This document shows positions 38,511 through 48,041 of a stretch of 64,000 bases of DNA, in pieces; positions within the stretch are counted from its first letter, which is position 1; the number at the start of each line of letters is the position of its first letter. The stretch is from the IMG/VR virus record IMGVR_UViG_3300042923_001406. One strand, written 5' to 3'. The position numbers and the translations under genes were made by a program. Below the pieces are notes generated by a model, which searched no databases, was not told the DNA's origin, and saw only the letters and a list, made by a program, of their open reading frames with translations. The DNA comes from an uncultured virus (IMG/VR IMGVR_UViG_3300042923_001406) (lineage: Duplodnaviria > Heunggongvirae > Uroviricota > Caudoviricetes).

Positions 38511-39380
38511 ATGAAAGTTGAATTAACTAACATACAGTCTATTAAACATGCAGTTTATGAGATAGAAGAAAAAGGAGTAACTCAAATAATAGGAGAGAAT
38601 TCTAATGGAAAATCTATTTTTATAAAAGCCTGTTCTTTTATTGCAAATAATAAAATAAAAGATGAAGATAAAAGAGATTCTATAATAAATGACGACGTTA
38701 CACATGGTATAATAACTATGGAAAGAGAAGGAGTAACATTAAAAGCAACTATATATAGAGAATCTACTAATTGTGTATATGAATTAAAAAGAAAAGATGG
38801 AACATTAATAAGACGTACTATAAGAGAAGGAGGCTTGGAAGAGCTAACTGAAGAATTCGGATGGATAGCATTCGACGGAAATATTTGTTTGCAAATATTT
38901 GAAACATTTGGTATAATGCCATTTGTAAATAATAGAGAAAGCAGTGACTATGAAATTGTAGATTATATAATAACAGATAGAGTAGCTAATGATTTTGTAG
39001 AAAACTATAGTAAAGTAACACATCCTGCTTTCAAAGATTACTTAGCTAAAGTAAAGTCTAAAGCAGAAGAAGCACAAAGAATATTAGATAAAATAACTTT
39101 TTATCCTATAGATAAATATGAAGATATTTTATTTAAATTAAAAAAATATCAAAGAAATGTTCAACATTTAAAAATTGTAAATCCAATAAAGTTACCTATA
39201 ACTAAACATTTTAATTATGTTCCAATAGAACCTATTAAATTAAATAGGATGCCTATATACAAAATAGCACCTGATTGTCCTAATATGGTATCTTTAATAT
39301 CATATATAAAAGATTATTCAGAAGCTTTAAATGGTTTCTGTCCTACTTGTCACACTAAGTTTAAAGAAATGGAGAATTAA
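38511..39380 (+). CDS. SbcC/Rad50-like ATPase, N-terminal half ending at the zinc hook
   Basis: VELTNIQS, Walker A GENSNGKS, a short coiled coil and terminal CPTC. Confidence 0.8.
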   Translation: MKVELTNIQSIKHAVYEIEEKGVTQIIGENSNGKSIFIKACSFIANNKIKDEDKRDSIINDDVTHGIITMEREGVTLKATIYRESTNCVYELKRKDGTLIRRTIREGGLEELTEEFGWIAFDGNICLQIFETFGIMPFVNNRESSDYEIVDYIITDRVANDFVENYSKVTHPAFKDYLAKVKSKAEEAQRILDKITFYPIDKYEDILFKLKKYQRNVQHLKIVNPIKLPITKHFNYVPIEPIKLNRMPIYKIAPDCPNMVSLISYIKDYSEALNGFCPTCHTKFKEMEN

Positions 39381-39381
39381 T

Positions 39382-40455
39382 ATGATTTGGAAAATAGCCG
39401 TAGCAGGTGATTTACATAAAAGAGTTAAAGATATATCTACTATAAAAGGATATGTTAATTGTTGTGATTATACATTAGAAAGTTTAATAAAAATGATAAA
39501 AGAAGAACAATTAAATGCTTTTATAAGTTTAGGTGATTGGTATGATAAAGGTTATGTAGATGATGTAGCAGCAGCTATAGCTGACGTATCAAGAGAACAT
39601 TACATTCATGAATTATTAAACGGTAATTTTTATGGTGTAATAGGAAATCATATAAGATTAAGATTAGATTCAAATCCTGAACTAATGCTTATGCAACCAC
39701 ATCCTACATTAAAAAGTAGAAAAGAAGTTAGAAGAGAACATCAGATAATAAAAACACCTAATCAAATAAGGGTTGGAAATATTCAAATATCATTAGTACA
39801 TAATTTACAACAAGCTAATAAATTAGAAGATTATATTATAAGAAGATTACCAGATGTAAAATATCATATAGCTTGTGTTCATGATCCAAGATTTGTACCA
39901 TTAAGTAAACTAGCACTAACAAATACATATGCACATAATACTTTAGATTCTGAAATAGTAAGAACATTAAGTGAAGTTGATTTATGTATATGTGGTGATA
40001 TACATATGCCATTAGGATTATTTGATATATCGCCTAAAACAAAAATGATCGTTCCTGGAAGTTTAACTAATACTAATGCTAGTTTAAAAACAAGACACAG
40101 TTCAATAAAAATACCTATATTAACTATAGATGATAAAACTGATGAATTTTCATTAAATTTTAAAGATTTTGATTTAAATTTAAATATGTTAACATTTGAT
40201 GAAAAAGCAGAAGAAAAAATAATAGATAAAATAAAAACTCTAAGAGGTAATTCATTAGATAAATTATATAATGAAGAAAATACAGGTAGTATTATGTCTA
40301 CAGGTATATCTTCTTTTAATTTTAGAGAATTTTTAGATGAACAAGATTATACGCCTAATGATAGAAAATTAATTAAATCAGTTATGAAAATTCCAGAAGA
40401 TATAATGTCACTTATAAAGATTCATTATGAAGATTTACAAATAATAGAAGAATAA
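39382..40455 (+). CDS. SbcD/Mre11-like metallophosphoesterase nuclease
   Basis: GDLH, LGDWYD, GNH, H, GDIH and PGS; start moved to the ATG after GGAG. Confidence 0.85.
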   Translation: MIWKIAVAGDLHKRVKDISTIKGYVNCCDYTLESLIKMIKEEQLNAFISLGDWYDKGYVDDVAAAIADVSREHYIHELLNGNFYGVIGNHIRLRLDSNPELMLMQPHPTLKSRKEVRREHQIIKTPNQIRVGNIQISLVHNLQQANKLEDYIIRRLPDVKYHIACVHDPRFVPLSKLALTNTYAHNTLDSEIVRTLSEVDLCICGDIHMPLGLFDISPKTKMIVPGSLTNTNASLKTRHSSIKIPILTIDDKTDEFSLNFKDFDLNLNMLTFDEKAEEKIIDKIKTLRGNSLDKLYNEENTGSIMSTGISSFNFREFLDEQDYTPNDRKLIKSVMKIPEDIMSLIKIHYEDLQIIEE

Positions 40456-40468
40456 TAGGAGATTAATT

Positions 40469-40783
40469 ATGAGTAAAAATTTAGTTAATACTATGAGAGA
40501 AGTTCTTATAGAGGCTCGTACTAAAGAAGAACAAAAAATAGATGATTTCGCAAAGGCATTAACATCAGTTAATATAGAAGAAGTATTTGGAGATACTTAT
40601 ATACCTCCAATTATATCATTAAAATCATTATGTCCAGAAGCTTATGAAAATGAACCTAATTATATTAAATATGAAGAGCAATACAATAAAATGGTAGAAA
40701 TTTTTACTAACATAAATAATAAGATTATAGCATATAATGAGGAGGCACTAGAATGCCTGCAACAATACAAAATGATATCTTAA
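40469..40783 (+). CDS. hypothetical helical protein in the SbcCD-like operon
   Basis: AGGAG RBS. Confidence 0.7.
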   Translation: MSKNLVNTMREVLIEARTKEEQKIDDFAKALTSVNIEEVFGDTYIPPIISLKSLCPEAYENEPNYIKYEEQYNKMVEIFTNINNKIIAYNEEALECLQQYKMIS

Positions 40784-41793
40784 TTCCAGCTATATTAAAA
40801 CATTTAAAAAGTAAAAAATCAATGCCGATTAATTTTAAATTTGTTAATAATAGAATAGATATACAATCATCAGAAGAATATATAATAGATACAGTAATTA
40901 ATGGTACATATTCACATGATATGGAGGGTTCTTGTTTTTCAGCTTTAATAACTGATTCTATAGTGTTATTACAGAATAACTTAAATCAAGAAACTAAAAT
41001 AATAAAAGAAAACGATGAAATAGTTTTATTTATGCAGGATAATATTACTCTGCCTTATTCTATATCACATGATACAAGAATAAATATAAGTAGTGATAAT
41101 ATACAAAATAATGGACAAATAAATTCAAATATAATAGATAATATTATTAGTGGATTTAGATTATCTATTAATACATCTAAAATATTAGAAGTAGGAGTAC
41201 CATCTGTTATAATATCTAATGGAAGAGTATATTGTTTATATTCAAACACTATGATTATAAATGATACTTCTTTATTATTTTCTGATATAGAAATACCTTA
41301 TAATACTTTTAATAATATAAATAAGAATATAGATAAAGGAAATATAGATTTATTAACTGACAATGATAAGAAATTATTAATATTGAAATCTAGAAATAGT
41401 ATAATAACTTGTAATTATAAAATACCAAATTTAGATTTAATTAATAGTATCAATAATTTAATAAATAGTTTTAGTGAGTATGGTACATTTAGATTATTTT
41501 CATTAAATAATCTAGAATTAATAAGTAAATTCTTCCCTAAAGAATCACTAACTATATCTTTTTATAAGGATTATACTATTGGTATTAATATTACCATATC
41601 AGATGGTAAATCTATAAAGATAGGAACAAAGAATATTGATTCTATTTTTAATATAATATTAAGTACAACACAGTTTGATGTATTATATAAATTATTTAAA
41701 GATTATAATACAATAGAAGTTTTTAAAGGAAGTGATACTCTATGTTTAAAGAACAACAACAAAATTTTAATTCTATCGGGAATGATCTTTTAA
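40753..41793 (+). CDS. hypothetical protein, possible sliding clamp (DnaN/PCNA-like)
   Basis: 346 aa with a repeating beta-rich/helix pattern, in a replication-repair operon; the fold call is inference. Confidence 0.35.
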   Translation: MPATIQNDILIPAILKHLKSKKSMPINFKFVNNRIDIQSSEEYIIDTVINGTYSHDMEGSCFSALITDSIVLLQNNLNQETKIIKENDEIVLFMQDNITLPYSISHDTRINISSDNIQNNGQINSNIIDNIISGFRLSINTSKILEVGVPSVIISNGRVYCLYSNTMIINDTSLLFSDIEIPYNTFNNINKNIDKGNIDLLTDNDKKLLILKSRNSIITCNYKIPNLDLINSINNLINSFSEYGTFRLFSLNNLELISKFFPKESLTISFYKDYTIGINITISDGKSIKIGTKNIDSIFNIILSTTQFDVLYKLFKDYNTIEVFKGSDTLCLKNNNKILILSGMIF

Positions 41794-42392
41794 TTTCAAT
41801 AGCACAATGTGAAGAAAGAATAAGAATATCTAAACAAAATGAAATAAAATATAATGAGGCTAAGAAACAAAAAGAAAGTGCTGATACTTTATGTGATATG
41901 GTAAGGACAACAGCTAATCACATGAATAAAGTTTATAAGAATGTAAAATATTTTTTAGAAAATAAAAAGACTACTTCTAAAGATATTTTAGAAAGTGCTA
42001 TACATAATGTATCAGAAATAGTGCAAGATTCAGATTTAACTACTTGTAAAATAATACATGATAATGGTAAGACTAAAATATTAAATATAAAAGGTCAAAA
42101 TATAAATGAACGTGAAGGTTCTGCAGCAAGAGCTGTAATGGGGTTATTATTAAAATATACTTGTATAAAAGCAATGCCTAATAAAATACAATTAATGTTA
42201 TTGGATGAAGCAGCAGCAACATTGTCTTCTAGTACTTCTGTAAATTTTAGAGAGGTAATAGATTTACTTTCTAATGATATAGGTATAGTAGGTATAGAAC
42301 AAAAAGATATTTTATATAGTGGTTTATCTAAAAAGAAATATGTAGCTGAAAAATTAGATAAAGTATCAACTATAAGAGAGGAGGCTATATGA
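41742..42392 (+). CDS. SbcC/Rad50-like ATPase, C-terminal half
   Basis: Coiled coil, divergent signature EGSAAR and Walker B LMLLDEAAATLS. Confidence 0.7.
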   Translation: MFKEQQQNFNSIGNDLLISIAQCEERIRISKQNEIKYNEAKKQKESADTLCDMVRTTANHMNKVYKNVKYFLENKKTTSKDILESAIHNVSEIVQDSDLTTCKIIHDNGKTKILNIKGQNINEREGSAARAVMGLLLKYTCIKAMPNKIQLMLLDEAAATLSSSTSVNFREVIDLLSNDIGIVGIEQKDILYSGLSKKKYVAEKLDKVSTIREEAI

Positions 42393-43279
42393 TTAAAAAA
42401 GAAGAAATAAACATTAATAAAACATATCTTTTAAAAGATGTAATAGGTACTAGATATCTTATACCAACACATAATAAATCAATGGATGATTTTTTCAATA
42501 TATGTAAAAGTTTATTTGAAGAAACGGGTAATAAAATTAAAGTAGATATAGCCTTCTGTAAATTTAATCCTGACAATTACACTAGAATAGACAATTATAT
42601 AGATTTTATAGACTTTACTGATTCAGATAATCCTGCTATATCAGGGATGTTAGAACATAATAAAAATGTAAATAAGTATAAATTACTAGAAAGAAATAAT
42701 ACTATAAAATTTGAAGATATACCAAAGGAAATAAATATTGAATCTTTAAAATCATTTTTAAGTAGTATAGATATAGATAATCCAAATCCAAGTATAATTT
42801 ATAGAATACCAACTATTAATGAAATGAATGGTAAAAAACCAGATATTGCTATATTATTAGCAATGATGATAGTAATAATGAATCCTAAAATTAAAATAGA
42901 TTTAACTAATCAATCAGAGCAATTTTTCGATATATTTAAAACATTTTGGAGATATACGGGTAAAGTTAATAGAGATTCCTATTTAATAAAATGGGATTAT
43001 AATTATATGAAAATAGGAGCAAGTTTTAATGATACTGATGAAAACTGTTACTATTTTTATATTCCAGGAGTAGGAGAAATAAGTGAAAAAGAATTAAATG
43101 AAAACTTTAAAGTTATACCCTTTATTTTTGGAGATGTAAAATTTTCAGAATTAAAGAAAGATCCTGAATTAAATAATATTTATAAAGATATACAAGAAAG
43201 ATTAATATATGAAATAAAAAGAAATAAAGTAAAAAAGAAAAAATTAATTTCTGAATTATCATTTAATAAAAAGGAGTAA
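42389..43279 (+). CDS. hypothetical protein
   Basis: ATGA overlap; GAGG RBS. Confidence 0.7.
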   Translation: MIKKEEININKTYLLKDVIGTRYLIPTHNKSMDDFFNICKSLFEETGNKIKVDIAFCKFNPDNYTRIDNYIDFIDFTDSDNPAISGMLEHNKNVNKYKLLERNNTIKFEDIPKEINIESLKSFLSSIDIDNPNPSIIYRIPTINEMNGKKPDIAILLAMMIVIMNPKIKIDLTNQSEQFFDIFKTFWRYTGKVNRDSYLIKWDYNYMKIGASFNDTDENCYYFYIPGVGEISEKELNENFKVIPFIFGDVKFSELKKDPELNNIYKDIQERLIYEIKRNKVKKKKLISELSFNKKE

Positions 43280-43283
43280 AGTT

Positions 43284-45299
43284 ATGTCAGATATACCAAA
43301 GAAGATTAAGGATGGCGTTTCTATAATATGTGCACAAACAGGCATACATTTAACAGATGAACAAAAAGAAGTTTCTTATAGATTTAATGATAGCATGTCT
43401 GTATTCGCCAATCCTGGAACTGGTAAGACAACTACAGCAGTTAATGGGCTTATTACAGCTCAAACATTATATGGAATAAAAGGAAAACAAATAAATGCAA
43501 TGTCATTCACTAAACTTGCGACTGCGGAATTATCTGCAAGATATAAAGCTGCTTGTAGAAAATGTAATATAGTTGCTAATGTACAATTTAATACATTCCA
43601 TTCCATTTGTTATAAAATAATAAGAAAAGCATACCCTAATTTTACTATTAGAGATGATAGAAGAATTGAAAATGAGTTAAAAGATTTTAAACAATTTTTA
43701 AAAGAAGAAAATGTTGAAAAGTATGATGATATGTTTTTCGTAAAGAAAGTTTATCAAGCAATGAATTCATTAAATGGAGAGTTATTATTTTCTAAAAACG
43801 CAGTAGAAAATTCTTCTAAATTTATAAGAATAAGTGAAAATATATCATTAAAACAATTTCAAATGGCTAGAGCAAGATGGTTTAAGAGAAATTTTGTAGT
43901 TCAGTCTATAATAAGAGGAGATATACCTACAATGGTATTGTTTATTCTTTTAATAAATCCAAATTTAGCAGAAGAATTTAAGAAAGAATATGAATTAATG
44001 GTAGTAGATGAGTTTCAAGATATGTCTATACTATACTTAGAAATATTAGCTTTAATAAGTAATAGATTAATAGTAATAGGAGATTTGAAACAGCAAATAT
44101 ATGGATTTAATGGAGCTTCTTTATTAATATTAGATGCATACAAAAATATATATCCTGATGCTCCTGTATTAGAACTTAATCAATCTTTTAGATGTAAGAA
44201 TGAAATAGTTGAGTTAGCTAATAGAATAATATCACCTAATGAAATACAAGGATTTGAAAATTTTAAAGGGATTGGTGAAGGTGGTTCCATAGAAATATTA
44301 AAAAATTCTGATACTATATTTAATAATATAATAGATGAATTAAAGAAAAAACAAGATAAAAAAGAATATTCAGATGTTATGTTTGCATCGAGAAATAATG
44401 CTTCAGTAGTTCCTATAATAGAAAAATTATATAGAGAAGGAATAGTTTTTAGAACAACTAAGTTTTCTAAATTAATGGATTTACCTATGTTTAGAGAAAT
44501 ATGCAATATGGCTGATGTAGCTTTAAATTCTACTAATCCAGACTATGTAGCCAAAGTTAATTTATTTATTCCTGAATTTAAATGGATGAGGGCAACAGAA
44601 AATCCACTATTAGAAGTAATGTCAATATCTAAAAGACAAAGTGATAAAGATTTATTAACTATGAATTATGCTTATAATTTAGATTCATCATATACTATAT
44701 TAAATAAATTACGTAGATTTGTTACATTAAATAAAGAACAAAAACAACCATTTTCTGTTTCAATGATGCCATTGCTAGAGATATACGAAGAATTTGTAAT
44801 AGAAGGTAATTGGTGGAAAATAGATCAACCTAAAGAATATTACATTAATTTAGTGTCTTCTATAATATGTGATAAAACATATGAAGAAATGGTATATGAT
44901 GAAAATGATAAATTTAATAAAAATGAATATTATAGTTCTATGAATGAAGGAATAAGGTGTTACACTTTTCACTCGGCTAAGGGATTAGAAGCATCTAAAG
45001 TATTTTTATTAGATGTAGATGATATGATTATTCCTAAGGATTCAAGTATAGAAGATTTATTAAATGATGGTTGTTCATTAGAAGCAGCAAAAGAAATAAG
45101 AAATGAAAGGAATCTTCTTTATGTTGCAATAACTAGATGTAAAAATGACTTAACAATAGTATATAATGAATCAATATCAAAATTAGTATCTGTACCAGAA
45201 CAAAATGGATATACATTCTTAGATAAAGTATGGAAAGATAAAGCTGTTTTATTAAATGAAAATAAAGCCTTTAAGAAATTAATGGGGGTAAAAGAATAA
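43284..45299 (+). CDS. UvrD/PcrA/Rep SF1 helicase
   Basis: ANPGTGKT, VDEFQD, GD.KQQIYGFNGA, SFRC, TFHSAKGLE and LYVAITR. Confidence 0.95.
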   Translation: MSDIPKKIKDGVSIICAQTGIHLTDEQKEVSYRFNDSMSVFANPGTGKTTTAVNGLITAQTLYGIKGKQINAMSFTKLATAELSARYKAACRKCNIVANVQFNTFHSICYKIIRKAYPNFTIRDDRRIENELKDFKQFLKEENVEKYDDMFFVKKVYQAMNSLNGELLFSKNAVENSSKFIRISENISLKQFQMARARWFKRNFVVQSIIRGDIPTMVLFILLINPNLAEEFKKEYELMVVDEFQDMSILYLEILALISNRLIVIGDLKQQIYGFNGASLLILDAYKNIYPDAPVLELNQSFRCKNEIVELANRIISPNEIQGFENFKGIGEGGSIEILKNSDTIFNNIIDELKKKQDKKEYSDVMFASRNNASVVPIIEKLYREGIVFRTTKFSKLMDLPMFREICNMADVALNSTNPDYVAKVNLFIPEFKWMRATENPLLEVMSISKRQSDKDLLTMNYAYNLDSSYTILNKLRRFVTLNKEQKQPFSVSMMPLLEIYEEFVIEGNWWKIDQPKEYYINLVSSIICDKTYEEMVYDENDKFNKNEYYSSMNEGIRCYTFHSAKGLEASKVFLLDVDDMIIPKDSSIEDLLNDGCSLEAAKEIRNERNLLYVAITRCKNDLTIVYNESISKLVSVPEQNGYTFLDKVWKDKAVLLNENKAFKKLMGVKE

Positions 45300-45304
45300 G
45301 AATA

Positions 45305-45691
45305 ATGTATATAGATAAAAAGACATTATTAACAATGTTGGACAAAGAAGATATTAAATATAAAGATAATAAACTTATTATTAATCTTTTACCAAAAAAT
45401 TCTTATTTTGAATTATGTGATGAAGATACGTTAACTGCAATGTATTATAATGAAAAAGACGAAGAAATTTTATCTTTTAAATTATCATTTGATCATTTGA
45501 ATCAAAATAAGATTAATTATATAAGTGAGAAAATGGATATGGATTCAGAAATAAATGAATATATGAACTTAGAATTATATAATAGTAATAAAAAAGTAAA
45601 ATATAATATAATTCCTTTATTTATTTTTTATTTAATTCTGTTTCTTTCTGTTTCATACTTAATATATATTATTTATTTAAACCTAAGATAA
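45305..45691 (+). CDS. hypothetical protein with a C-terminal TM anchor
   Basis: Hydrophobic C-terminus. Confidence 0.65.
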   Translation: MYIDKKTLLTMLDKEDIKYKDNKLIINLLPKNSYFELCDEDTLTAMYYNEKDEEILSFKLSFDHLNQNKINYISEKMDMDSEINEYMNLELYNSNKKVKYNIIPLFIFYLILFLSVSYLIYIIYLNLR

Positions 45692-45694
45692 GGA

Positions 45695-46321
45695 GTGGTA
45701 ATATTGGGAATAAAATTAAATAGTGATTTAAATCCGTTAGAATGTAGTATAGAAGATGGTTTTATAAAAGTATATCTATTCGATGAAGTTATAAAATTAT
45801 TAGAAACTAGTATACCGAAAAATATAGTAATGAATAAACAATGTAACTTTTTTCACAGTAACTTAGGGTATTTATTGGGTTATTTAGTTAGTGATAAATA
45901 CAAAATTTTAATAAGAAAAACTGGTAATTTAGATATATTAAGTTTAAATAATATTCTTTTAAAAAGAGTAACTATAGATATATCTTCCATAGCAGATGAT
46001 TCTATAAAGATTAGAAGTTGTGGATCTTTGTTTATATTAGATAGAGTACATCCAGCTTATATAGCAGACTTATATAATAATAAATCTATTATATTTTCAT
46101 CTAATATTCCAGCTTCTTTAATAATAGATTTAAAAGATGAAACAAATAATTTTATACACAGATGGTCTAAAAGTAATTTTAATGATGTTGGATCCCTGCA
46201 TATAAAAGATAACGGTGATATAAGTAAAGGATTATATTTAAATAAAGGTAGTGGTATAGACTATATGTTAGAAAATTATCAATTAATTAAACAAGATGGC
46301 ATAATTGGAGGTGTGGCATAG
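45695..46321 (+). CDS. hypothetical protein
   Basis: Operonic ORF. Confidence 0.65.
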   Translation: MVILGIKLNSDLNPLECSIEDGFIKVYLFDEVIKLLETSIPKNIVMNKQCNFFHSNLGYLLGYLVSDKYKILIRKTGNLDILSLNNILLKRVTIDISSIADDSIKIRSCGSLFILDRVHPAYIADLYNNKSIIFSSNIPASLIIDLKDETNNFIHRWSKSNFNDVGSLHIKDNGDISKGLYLNKGSGIDYMLENYQLIKQDGIIGGVA

Positions 46322-46947
46322 TGAAATCATATTGTATATTCAGAGAAGATATACATTCACCTATATTTGAATCAGAATATGATTTAAATACTGGATTGAT
46401 AGACAATATACCAGACTATAAATTTAAATGCAAATTATCTAAATATTTTATAAATGAATTTGATGTGCCTGAAGATTATGGTAGTAGGTTTATGAAAGAA
46501 TATTATATAAAAGCCATACAAATGTGTAATGGGTTAATAGCTTTTAATTTTTATGATGCAGGTATAACAGTTATAACAAAAAATTCTATATTTGTATATT
46601 TTATAGAAAATGGAGTTATAAGAGAATATAAAGAAGAATTCAAAAATATTAGTCCATTTAATTATAATAAGAATTATATTGGAACATATAAAACTGAAGT
46701 AATACAATTTGATATTGAACATAATTTTTGTTTATTATGTGTAGATAATGAAGGGGTATTATTAACTGAAAATGGTGAGATAAGGACAGATATAGTTAAC
46801 TTTAGAGGTTTTAGTGATATTTTAAATATATCAGGTTCTATATCAATTTGGAGAGACGGATTTGATGGATTATTATATGACAATGAAAATAATTTACTAA
46901 GATATAAATTATTTAAAGACAATTTATTAATTGAAGTTATAAAATAA
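46321..46947 (+). CDS. hypothetical protein
   Basis: GGAGG RBS with GTG start. Confidence 0.7.
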   Translation: MKSYCIFREDIHSPIFESEYDLNTGLIDNIPDYKFKCKLSKYFINEFDVPEDYGSRFMKEYYIKAIQMCNGLIAFNFYDAGITVITKNSIFVYFIENGVIREYKEEFKNISPFNYNKNYIGTYKTEVIQFDIEHNFCLLCVDNEGVLLTENGEIRTDIVNFRGFSDILNISGSISIWRDGFDGLLYDNENNLLRYKLFKDNLLIEVIK

Positions 46948-46960
46948 GGAGGTGTTTACT

Positions 46961-47104
46961 ATGTTGGAATTTTTACCTTCATGGGCTAAAGCTTTAATAG
47001 GTTCAGGATTAATGATATTTATAGGTATATTTGGATTTGCTTGGACAACACATAAAGATAATAAAAATAAACCTACTTCTAATAAAGAAACTAAAGGAGA
47101 ATAA
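46961..47104 (+). CDS. 47 aa single-pass membrane protein (not in the ORF track)
   Basis: AAGGAGG RBS; MLEFLPSWAKALIGSGLMIFIGIFGFAW... Confidence 0.7.
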   Translation: MLEFLPSWAKALIGSGLMIFIGIFGFAWTTHKDNKNKPTSNKETKGE

Positions 47105-47107
47105 TTA

Positions 47108-47533
47108 ATGTTTGGATTATTTAAATCTAACTCAAATTCTTCTTTAATATTTATAGGTAATTTTAAATCTAATCAAAAAGATTTTTTAGAAAGAGCTGAT
47201 GAGGCATACTTATTAACTTTTAAACAGATGGATATGTCTTATTTTGCTAAATTTGCTTCTAGAAATTTATATATGATGATTTATAGAAGTTTAACATCAG
47301 AACGTTCATGGGTAGGTGTATCTAATAAATTTAAGAAAGTTACTTGGACTATGATAGAACAAGACAAAGAAGGTAGCTTCCTAGCATCTAAAGATACAAT
47401 ATTTGATAAAGTTAATGTTAGTAGACAACTTAAATTATCAGTAGCAGATGATTACAGAGAACTTTGGGGAGTTATTAAAAGTATAGATGGTAATTATACT
47501 GTAGAAAGAATAAGTGAGGTAGTTGAATGTTGA
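47108..47533 (+). CDS. hypothetical protein, possibly Tim44/NTF2-like fold
   Basis: FLERA..AY and a YRELW...Y.V.RI C-terminal pattern. Confidence 0.45.
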   Translation: MFGLFKSNSNSSLIFIGNFKSNQKDFLERADEAYLLTFKQMDMSYFAKFASRNLYMMIYRSLTSERSWVGVSNKFKKVTWTMIEQDKEGSFLASKDTIFDKVNVSRQLKLSVADDYRELWGVIKSIDGNYTVERISEVVEC

Positions 47534-48027
47534 GTTTAAAAGAAGAAAGTGTTAGAATATCCAGAAGCTTACAGGATACATATGCTGAAAGTAAAAAGTT
47601 ATTAACTAAATTAGAAGATGAAATAATTATAACATCTAAAGAGTTTAAAGCAGCATCAGAAGAGGGAGATCATAGAGAAAATGCAGCTTATACAACAGCA
47701 CAAGAAGATTTAGCAAACTTAAATAAGAGAAAAATAAATCTTTTAAGATTATTGGATGATATAGAACAATTAAAATCTGACTCAACATATGTTCCTAAAT
47801 CTTTTATTGGATTATATAGTACATTTAGATTATTAAGAGAAGATACAGAAGAAATAAGTACATGGAAGGTATTTCCTGGTTTAATTTCAGATACTGATAG
47901 AGGTATAATGTCAGATGAAGCACCTATATTTAAATTATTGAAAGATAAACAAGCGGGAGATATAATAGAACAGACACATAAAATAAGTGGAAAGACTATA
48001 AACTTTAGAATATTAGAAGTTTATTAA
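47527..48027 (+). CDS. greA: GreA/GreB-family transcription elongation factor
   Basis: A.EEGDHRENAAY..A coiled-coil tip; GIMS.EAPI...L..K.AGD and FRILEV. Confidence 0.85.
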   Translation: MLSLKEESVRISRSLQDTYAESKKLLTKLEDEIIITSKEFKAASEEGDHRENAAYTTAQEDLANLNKRKINLLRLLDDIEQLKSDSTYVPKSFIGLYSTFRLLREDTEEISTWKVFPGLISDTDRGIMSDEAPIFKLLKDKQAGDIIEQTHKISGKTINFRILEVY

Positions 48028-48041
48028 GAAAGGATAGAGAC

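Noticed and set aside
3861..46321. Similar N-termini ILG...I.DG in the 1059 aa protein and the 208 aa protein at 45695
   Set aside because: Too few identities in low-complexity AT-rich proteins to support homology without a profile search.
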